From assembly GCA_964453655.1 (NCBI GenBank), contig CAYVSP010000003.1:1-44902 (forward strand): a stretch of DNA of 44,902 bases, given 5' to 3'. Source of the DNA: an uncultured Candidatus Saccharibacteria bacterium. Its GTDB lineage: Bacteria; Patescibacteriota; Saccharimonadia; Saccharimonadales; CAYVSP01. The notes under the pieces are model-generated. The model saw only the letters and a list, made by a program, of their open reading frames with translations. It was not told where the DNA came from and did not search any database. Each line of letters starts with the position of its first letter. The first letter of the stretch is position 1. The position numbers were made by a program, and so were the translations under genes. This document shows positions 10,015 through 16,547 of the stretch, one piece after another.

Positions 10015-10578
10015 CTAAAGATACTTGCGAGTCAGGTTTTCTATGTTTTCAACAGCGGTTATTATGTTTTCATTGAAACTATCATCAGTTGGTTTGGCCC
10101 AAAGTACTTTTCTTGCATCCATATCAAAGTCCTCAGCAGTAAAACCTGACCCAGGGCGCTTAACGTCAATATATTGCTCATAAGTTACTTGTAGCTCACG
10201 GATTAGTTTCATTAACTTATCAACCTCTTGCTTAATGTCTTTGCTTAGATGTACCTCGGCTTTTAAGGACAATAACGACAGCTGGACAACAGGCTCGGTA
10301 ACCTCTTTCCATCTTCGCTCCATTGCTTCAACATAACCAAAGAACTCATTCATTTCCTTACTGGCCTTATCGTTCTTTACTGGGGTGTATTGAACGAAGG
10401 ATGAACGAACTACCCCAACGCCTTCACGCACTCTATAAACTTCTAACAATAACTCACTGGCAACTTTGTATTTATCGGTTCCTTTGATTTGGCGCTTCCA
10501 AGTGTCTAGACCAATCCATGCGATTATTACCCCTGCTATAGGGGTTAATTTGATGATAAAGTCTATTGCGTCGTTCAT
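10015..10578 (-). CDS. Hypothetical protein with N-terminal TM helix; third gene of the M-R operon
   Basis: 187-aa ORF that starts 21 nt after the stop of the restriction endonuclease gene, on the same strand. I recognise no family. Confidence 0.5.
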   Translation of the reverse strand: MNDAIDFIIKLTPIAGVIIAWIGLDTWKRQIKGTDKYKVASELLLEVYRVREGVGVVRSSFVQYTPVKNDKASKEMNEFFGYVEAMERRWKEVTEPVVQLSLLSLKAEVHLSKDIKQEVDKLMKLIRELQVTYEQYIDVKRPGSGFTAEDFDMDARKVLWAKPTDDSFNENIITAVENIENLTRKYL

Positions 10579-10599
10579 GGCTACATCAGGCTCACAGAC

Positions 10600-11385
10600 T
10601 TAAAACAATACTTCTTTTTCTCTGTAGAGTTGCGGCCAACTATTTTGCCTAATTCTGAACTTGGTGCCGTGATTATGTCCAGTACGTGCGTCAAAATCAA
10701 CTAGTACCGTGCTGTTTTCTAAGCATTGTAAAAATCCTTCAAAATCAAACCCTGTTAATTTCATTGCCCGTTCATATTTATAAAACTCTTTGCCGTTCTC
10801 TCTTTTTACTGCTGCCTGCACAAAAAAGCAGTTTGTCAGCTTGGCACCAACTTTGTGTTCCAAATCTTCAAAGCCCCAGTATGGTTGCGGATTTAACTCA
10901 CCTAAGCCGACTTTTGCCTCAACACCAGCCAGCCAGTCCTTATGTCGGTCCGATACGGCGTTTTTATCAAATGAAATCAGTACTTTCTTTTCCTTGCGGT
11001 CAATCTGTACCATGAAGCCTCTGTCGCTTCTACTGAGGCCGTTGATTGTCTGTCTAAAACTCATTTCAGTCTCGGAGTACTTCTTACCAGCTTCTTTGTG
11101 GGCCCAACCGTATTTCGGCAATAATATAGCAGGCACAAACTTAAGGGCAGTCGGTGACGGCTCCGTGTGAAATAGTGTAGTTAATGAGGATGTATTTAGC
11201 CGCTGTGTCTTCAACTCCCACTCAGCTGCATTAGGTATGGGTAAGTTGTTTTCTTCAATACCTAGCAAGTCTTCAAGAGTGTTACCAATACCACCATGGT
11301 TGCCATGACGCCCATTTTCTACCCAACCCATGGCAGCAATCTCGTGCAGTCTCTTTATTAACTCGTCTTTGGTATAGATTTTCAT
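10600..11385 (-). CDS. Type II restriction endonuclease, MvaI/BcnI-like
   Basis: 261 aa. The N-terminal block GWVENGRHGNHGGIGNTLEDLLGIEENNLPIPNAAEWELKTQR matches my memory of the MvaI/BcnI family signature. There is a 4-nt ATGA overlap with the upstream methyltransferase. Confidence 0.65.
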   Translation of the reverse strand: MKIYTKDELIKRLHEIAAMGWVENGRHGNHGGIGNTLEDLLGIEENNLPIPNAAEWELKTQRLNTSSLTTLFHTEPSPTALKFVPAILLPKYGWAHKEAGKKYSETEMSFRQTINGLSRSDRGFMVQIDRKEKKVLISFDKNAVSDRHKDWLAGVEAKVGLGELNPQPYWGFEDLEHKVGAKLTNCFFVQAAVKRENGKEFYKYERAMKLTGFDFEGFLQCLENSTVLVDFDARTGHNHGTKFRIRQNSWPQLYREKEVLF

Positions 11386-12140
11386 GCGATTAGACTTTCT
11401 TGTTTTTGGTGGTTTTTTATACGCTCATCTGCTAATTCGCAGTACTTCTTAGATAGCTCTATACCGATGTACTCTCTGTCTAGGTTCAGTGCAGCTATAG
11501 CAGTGGTACCTGAACCCATGAATGGGTCTAGGATGATTTTACCGTTCGTAGAGCCAACAATTCTTTCAATTAGTTTGACTGGGAAAGGTGCGGGGTGTGT
11601 GTTTTTTAGTTCCTGCCCGAACTCCCAAATGTCGCCAAGACTACTTGCTTTAGGGGCTAGCTTAAACTTAGGCTTAGCAATTAAATAAATGACCTCGTAT
11701 GTCGGCAGGAAGTAGCCAGGGTTGAAATTAATCCCGCCTTTTCTACGCCAAATTATTATTTGTCTAACTGGAAAGCCCTCAACAATATCATGTCTGTCCT
11801 GTAACAAGCCACCCTGTACACGCCACTTGTGATTGTAGAAAACGGCCCCGTCTTCTTTGGTAACACGCAACATTTCCTTTAAGCATTCTCGTTGCCACGC
11901 TACGTAATCATCATGCGGCATATTATCGTGGTGTTCTTCGTAGCCGTTCATTAGCGCAGCCCTTGACCATTTACCACCACGACCGTCTTTCATGCCGTTA
12001 CCAGTTGAGTTCTTGAGGTTATAAGGTGGTGACGTGATGACTAGGTCTACACTGGCATCAGGCATTTGCTTCATGACAGCTACGGCATCGCCACAGACGT
12101 TTTTATTAATAAAATCAGCTGGAAACTTTAACTTTTTCAT
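11382..12140 (-). CDS. DNA methyltransferase, beta-class (N4-cytosine or N6-adenine; SPPY motif favours m4C)
   Basis: 252 aa. Motif IV (DLVITSPPYNL) lies near the N terminus and motif I (LDPFMGSGTT) near the C terminus, which is the beta-permuted order. Confidence 0.85.
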   Translation of the reverse strand: MKKLKFPADFINKNVCGDAVAVMKQMPDASVDLVITSPPYNLKNSTGNGMKDGRGGKWSRAALMNGYEEHHDNMPHDDYVAWQRECLKEMLRVTKEDGAVFYNHKWRVQGGLLQDRHDIVEGFPVRQIIIWRRKGGINFNPGYFLPTYEVIYLIAKPKFKLAPKASSLGDIWEFGQELKNTHPAPFPVKLIERIVGSTNGKIILDPFMGSGTTAIAALNLDREYIGIELSKKYCELADERIKNHQKQESLIA

Positions 12141-12356
12141 TCTTTACCATTGTAACCTTATTAACCCTTTAATCAGTATCATAAGCATGCCCTGTAATGT
12201 CATCAGGGCTGAATACCCAAGCTGCTGCTTTTGATTATAGACTTTTTTACGGTGGTTTTACAGGGAAATAATAGCCAATACGCCCCCATATATAACCTTT
12301 ATCTGAGTCTCTTGCTCAACTGATTAATATATGTGGGTACAAATATGCTTGCATGC

Positions 12357-12420
12357 ACCTAGCAAAACCTAGCAAAACCTAACATTTGGCCGACCTGAGA
12401 AAACCTAAGAAAACCTAAGA
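12357..12420. repeat. Two pairs of tandem 10-bp repeats sharing AAAACCTA (candidate operator or iterons)
   Basis: ACCTAGCAAA occurs twice (12357-12376) followed by ACCTAACA. GAAAACCTAA occurs twice (12399-12418). The spacing is one helical turn. The site lies between the divergent methyltransferase and HTH/recombinase genes. Confidence 0.6.
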
Positions 12421-12500
12421 TTGTGCTACTATGAAAGTAACTCGGGTAAGGGACGAGTAACACAAACTATTCAAGAGCCAACACCAGTCTTGAGGTTTTA

Positions 12501-12677
12501 ATGTTACTAAACCCGCCCACAACTCTTCCAATATCAATAAAGGAGGCTCGCAAGCTATTAGGAGTCTCTGCTGCTGGTTTGTCAGATGACCAAATAGCAG
12601 AACTTGTCATATGCCTTACAGAGGTAGCTGATAATTTCTTGCAAGATTTAGGTTCCACTAACTATAATGGTGTCTAG
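12501..12677 (+). CDS. Small (58 aa) HTH-like protein upstream of the recombinase (possible regulator or directionality factor)
   Basis: My own translation gives MLLNPPTTLPISIKEARKLLGVSAAGLSDDQIAELVICLTEVADNFLQDLGSTNYNGV. The ISIKEARKLLGVS segment looks like an HTH. It falls below the 60-aa cutoff of the ORF track. Its stop lies 1 nt before the ATG at 12679. Confidence 0.45.
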   Translation: MLLNPPTTLPISIKEARKLLGVSAAGLSDDQIAELVICLTEVADNFLQDLGSTNYNGV

Positions 12678-14313
12678 TATGCTACCCGAACGTCTACAAA
12701 GGCAAAAGCAACAAACAATGGCCTTACGAAGCAACAAGGCTGTAGCGTACATACGTGTGTCAACAAAAGACCAGGTGGACAACGAAAGCATTGACACACA
12801 ACGTCAACGTATCACTCAGTACGCCGACCAGAACGGCCTTGAAATTGTTAAGTGGTTCATAGAAGAAGGTCGTTCGGGAAAAACAGTCGGAAAGAGACCA
12901 GCAGTCAAGGACATGCTTTTCTACCTTGCTCGTAATAAGGGCAAGATGGGGTACGCCATATTTTACAAAATGCAACGCTCGTCAAGAGACGTACAAAGCT
13001 GGGCAAGTGACCTGAAGTCTGTATTAAACGGCCTAGGCGTTGCTGTTCGTTCTGCGACTGAACATATTGACGAAAGTCCAACGGGTCGTTTTATGGAAGT
13101 TATGTTGGTCGCAAACGGTCAGTTAGACAATGACATCAAGTCTGGTGTTACAAGCGACAACATGGCTTCAGTCGCAAAACAGGGCTGGTGGCAAGGCGGT
13201 CCAATACCTGGCTATGACGTCGTTAGGGTCAAAATTGACTCTCAAAAAACACACTCAATGCTACGCAGCAACAAGCACGCTCCTGCACTAAAGACGCTTT
13301 ACGAGCGCTACTCAACTGGACAGTACAGTAAGGCTGACATAAAGCGGATGGCTAATGAACTCGGCGTGCGTAATGCCCATGGCGGTTACCTGAATGATAC
13401 AAGCGTTGACCGTATGCTTTCGCAACCTGCTTATATGGGCTACATATGCAATAAGCATTCAGGATTTGAACTATACGAGGGCAAACACATAGCAGACTCA
13501 ATAGTTACCCCAGAATTGTTTAACAAGACACAACGTGTACTAGCACTTCAGTCTAAAAGCACTAACAAACTGGGTAAGAAAAAGCTAATCATCAACAGTA
13601 TGTACCCCCTGAAGCGTTTTATACGTTGTGACAACTGTGGTGGGGCATACAGGGCTTCCGCTCCACTTTCTGGCGGCGGTAAAAGTCACTCTGCAAGATA
13701 CCATTGTCCTCGCCCTCAGTGTAAAGGGATTGTGCGTTCACGTAAGGCTGATGATGTACACAATGGGTTCGTAGAGCTACTAGATGACATAACTCCGTCA
13801 GAGGGTGTACTGAGGCTCTATAAGGAAATATTAAATCGTCAGGCCCTAACCCAACTTGGCAACCTGAATAAGCGTATTGAGCAACAGCGTAAATCGCTTA
13901 GTAACCTGGATGCCGAACGTCTTACTGCCCTACGTAGTGCAAACAATGGCCAACTGACCACTGAAGAAAAGGATGAACTGATTAGTAGCATTGCAGCCAA
14001 TAAAGCTGAGGTGATTGAAAATATAGCCAAACTTGAAGAGCAACAGCAGGTCAAGCAGTCAGCCGTGGAGTATGCGTTGAACTTCATGGGTGATGTCAAA
14101 AAATTATGGGTTGATGCAGACCCCGACCTAAAACAAAGGTTCCAAAAAATGATATTCCCAGATGGGGTGTCACTTAACACAAACAATATGACTTTTGGAA
14201 CCGAAGCTATAAGCCCACTTTACAGATACGTGCCAAATAAAAAAGACCTTTCCGCAAAGGAAAAGTCTCTTTTGGTGACCTCAAGGAGAATCGAACTCCT
14301 ATTGCCAGGATGA
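12667..14313 (+). CDS. Large serine recombinase (resolvase/invertase catalytic domain, recombinase domain, zinc ribbon, coiled coil)
   Basis: 548 aa. The catalytic-Ser motif is AVAYIRVSTKDQ and the Cys cluster is CDNCGG..YHCPRPQC. Alternative starts lie at 12679 and 12718. The last 14 codons (14272-14313) are antisense to tRNA-Glu. Confidence 0.88.
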   Translation: MVSSMLPERLQRQKQQTMALRSNKAVAYIRVSTKDQVDNESIDTQRQRITQYADQNGLEIVKWFIEEGRSGKTVGKRPAVKDMLFYLARNKGKMGYAIFYKMQRSSRDVQSWASDLKSVLNGLGVAVRSATEHIDESPTGRFMEVMLVANGQLDNDIKSGVTSDNMASVAKQGWWQGGPIPGYDVVRVKIDSQKTHSMLRSNKHAPALKTLYERYSTGQYSKADIKRMANELGVRNAHGGYLNDTSVDRMLSQPAYMGYICNKHSGFELYEGKHIADSIVTPELFNKTQRVLALQSKSTNKLGKKKLIINSMYPLKRFIRCDNCGGAYRASAPLSGGGKSHSARYHCPRPQCKGIVRSRKADDVHNGFVELLDDITPSEGVLRLYKEILNRQALTQLGNLNKRIEQQRKSLSNLDAERLTALRSANNGQLTTEEKDELISSIAANKAEVIENIAKLEEQQQVKQSAVEYALNFMGDVKKLWVDADPDLKQRFQKMIFPDGVSLNTNNMTFGTEAISPLYRYVPNKKDLSAKEKSLLVTSRRIELLLPG

Positions 14314-14347
14314 AAACCTGGTGTCCTAACCGTTAGACGATGAGGCC
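14273..14347 (-). tRNA. tRNA-Glu (anticodon UUC)
   Basis: The rc reads GGCCTCA TC GTCT AACGGTTA GGAC A CCAGG TTTTCAT CCTGG CAAT AGGAG TTCGATT CTCCT TGAGGTC A CCA. This is a cloverleaf with one G-U pair in the acceptor stem and an encoded CCA. Confidence 0.85.
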
Positions 14348-14388
14348 GCATAAGACCGATGAATCATACCATAACAGGGGTGAAAAGG

Positions 14389-14415
14389 AAATCCCCGCTT
14401 TTTTAGCGGGGATTT
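14389..14415. terminator. Bidirectional rho-independent terminator
   Basis: Hairpin AAATCCCCGC-TTTTTTA-GCGGGGATTT, downstream of the surface-protein gene that ends at 14488. Confidence 0.7.
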
Positions 14416-14487
14416 ATCGAGCGGTCAGTAGTCTGTTTTATACTAGCACAATTTTGCGGTTTTGGCCAGATGCTTTTCCACACAGGG

Positions 14488-15468
14488 TTACCGTCTGGCA
14501 AATTTGCGGAGGAAGTAGAATTTGTGCCATAAAGCAGCGCCTATAGCAGTTGCCGTAAACATACCAATGGCATCACCTGCACCGGTATTGGTAAGTTCCG
14601 TTGTAGTGCTGCTCGGCGTAGCTGTTGGGGTGGAAGTTGACACAGTAGTGACTGTCGGCGGTGTGATGGTTTTGGTTTTGAAGTTCACCACACGCTGACA
14701 CTGCCGGCCATCTTTCCAGACCGTGCTACCATCAGCCTGTTTTACTTGTACCATTCCGGTGATAGTAAATGTGTCTTTTTCAGTACCATATTTGTGGTTT
14801 TTAGTCTGCGCATTGTCGGATGTACCGTCGCCCCACACGATCTTATAGCCAATGATGTTAGTGCCTGTACCGTTTACTTTAGCACTTACCGTACGATTTT
14901 CTTTGTTCACGAAAGCTACGTCTAGACTACTGCATGCGCCGGTTGAGGGCGGTGGCGGCTTGGTTCCACAATCCAGTCCTTGACCACCTAAGTAAGCGTT
15001 CAATAGACGGCCTGGTTCATAAGGCAAGTGTCCGCCGGGACCAGTTGGGTTTGTTCCTAGGGCTAGGTCAACTTGGTAAAAACATTTTGGCACATTAACA
15101 GTCAAGCTATATGTAGCCATCATACCGTTAGGGCCTGATGCCACATTTTGCAGCGTGGCAGATGCAAATAGTTTCTGATCTTCAAGCGGATAAGGGTTGC
15201 CCCCCTGATGAGGAACAATAAAAGAAGCCAGTACGAAATCCTTACGACAGTTACTGTCTCCCTGCACTCCCACCGTTGTGCTGATGGTGTCACCCTTGCT
15301 GTTGCTTCCTTTCGTAAAGCCTTTGCCTAGATCAGCCTGGGGAATATATTTACAGGTTGGTGTATCGCCAGGGGCGGCGTGCACTACTGCACGTACACCT
15401 GTCGCCAATACAACACCTAGTGCAAGAGCTAAAATTATGTTGCGTACTCTGTTTAAACTTTTAGTCAT
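14488..15468 (-). CDS. Secreted surface protein: conserved 4-Cys domain, PKD-like domain and LTNTG sorting signal
   Basis: The start was moved to MTKSLNRV, preceded by AAGGAGGGAGCAAAC. It has a signal peptide and a domain shared with the ORFs at 15740-16375 and 31744-32397 (GDTPTCK..GDSNC.KDFV..NVPKCFYQVDLALG..). A WGDG-containing PKD-like segment follows. The C terminus is LTNTG, then a hydrophobic helix, then RKFARR. Confidence 0.75.
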   Translation of the reverse strand: MTKSLNRVRNIILALALGVVLATGVRAVVHAAPGDTPTCKYIPQADLGKGFTKGSNSKGDTISTTVGVQGDSNCRKDFVLASFIVPHQGGNPYPLEDQKLFASATLQNVASGPNGMMATYSLTVNVPKCFYQVDLALGTNPTGPGGHLPYEPGRLLNAYLGGQGLDCGTKPPPPSTGACSSLDVAFVNKENRTVSAKVNGTGTNIIGYKIVWGDGTSDNAQTKNHKYGTEKDTFTITGMVQVKQADGSTVWKDGRQCQRVVNFKTKTITPPTVTTVSTSTPTATPSSTTTELTNTGAGDAIGMFTATAIGAALWHKFYFLRKFARR

Positions 15469-15641
15469 GTTTGCTCCCTCCTTAAATTCTCCCTCACGCC
15501 CGCTCTCAAACGAGGAATTAGTATGACTTAAATTCTGCAACGAGAACTTATAAAAGTCAATAATTTTATAATATTTTCTATTAAAGCACAAGCATTTTAT
15601 CAATGCTGTGAATTTTTCGTCATTTTGTTTATTATATGAAG

Positions 15642-15716
15642 CTATTTAGTGACGGTTGCAAGAGGGTTGTCGCTCTGAGCGGCGACAACTTCTTGAGCAT
15701 TTGTAGGTGGTTTTAG
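15642..15716 (-). pseudogene. Remnant of the 3' end of a histidine-kinase gene (duplication scar)
   Basis: The rc translates ..LKPPTNAQEVVAAQSDNPLATVTK stop. This parallels the C terminus of the intact kinase, ..LKPPKKVQKVASVQSDNLRASVNK stop (16548-). The flanking non-coding sequence at about 15575-15640 also matches about 16485-16547. Confidence 0.6.
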
Positions 15717-15739
15717 TATGGGTTGTTTTTTCCAACAAG

Positions 15740-16375
15740 TTAGCGCATGCGGCGCACAAGAACTGTACGATAGCTAAGCGCAGCGGCCACGGTAACAATT
15801 GCGAATAGTCCAGCTATATTACCAGCCCCAGTATTTATGAGAGTGGTAGGGGTTGTTGTGGGTTGGGTAGTTACTGGGGTAGCTGGAGGGGTTGGCGTTG
15901 TACATACCCCGTTACCACCCAACTTAGCGTTCAACATACGACCGGGTTCTATAGGTAAGTGGCCATTGGTACCAGTTGGTTTCATACCTAATGCAAGATC
16001 AACTTGATAGAAACACTTTGGTACATTAACAGTCATTTTGTAAGTACCGGGTTTAGCGCCTGGTAGTTGGACAAAGTCAAACAACTTCTGATTTTCAAGT
16101 GGGTAAGGGTTACCAGCTGCATTTGGGATTTCAAAAGAAGCAAATACGAAATCCTTATGGCAATTGCTGTCGCCTTCTACAATAACGTTTACGCTTACAG
16201 TATCGCCTTTTTCATTAGTGCCGGTTGTAAAACCTTTGTGTTGACCTTCTTCATAGATGAACTTGCAGTTTGGCGTATCGCCATTTGCAGCCGATACATG
16301 TGCTGAAGCACTCACGCCTATAGCTAAAACCATACCTAAAGAGGCGATCCCTAAAATTATGTTTCGCATTTTCAT
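15740..16375 (-). CDS. Secreted surface protein paralog with LINTG sorting signal
   Basis: 211 aa with a signal peptide, the same 4-Cys domain and a T/P-rich linker. The C terminus is LINTG, then a hydrophobic helix, then RRMR. Confidence 0.8.
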   Translation of the reverse strand: MKMRNIILGIASLGMVLAIGVSASAHVSAANGDTPNCKFIYEEGQHKGFTTGTNEKGDTVSVNVIVEGDSNCHKDFVFASFEIPNAAGNPYPLENQKLFDFVQLPGAKPGTYKMTVNVPKCFYQVDLALGMKPTGTNGHLPIEPGRMLNAKLGGNGVCTTPTPPATPVTTQPTTTPTTLINTGAGNIAGLFAIVTVAAALSYRTVLVRRMR

Positions 16376-16547
16376 AAACTTTATCCTTCCTTATCCACTA
16401 CTTGATCCCTGTTTCAAGGGAATCTATATAATATATAAGTTATACTTTACCATAATAATTATCAGAGTCAAGACTTTTTATAACATTTCTAATTAAAGCA
16501 CAAGCGTTAATAAGCGCTGCTTTCTCTCATTTTGTTTATTGTATGAG

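Larger units (their letters stand above)
9884..14280. mobile_element. Putative 4.4 kb integrated mini-island at the 3' end of tRNA-Glu (serine recombinase, HTH, R-M pair, unknown gene)
   Basis: The 9-bp direct repeat TTGGTGACC occurs at 9884-9892 and at 14272-14280. The second copy is the 3' end of tRNA-Glu (rc GGTCACCAA). The copy at 9884 is followed on the tRNA strand by the terminator AAGCACC-CCA-GGTGCTTTTT (rc of 9861-9880), as expected for a displaced native tRNA terminator. The cargo is a recombinase plus a defence module. Confidence 0.5.

Noticed and set aside
12467-12658. 63-aa minus-strand ORF between the methylase and recombinase genes
   Set aside because: The plus-strand 58-aa frame over the same DNA has an HTH-like sequence and abuts the recombinase start. 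The minus-strand frame has no start context and no recognisable features.
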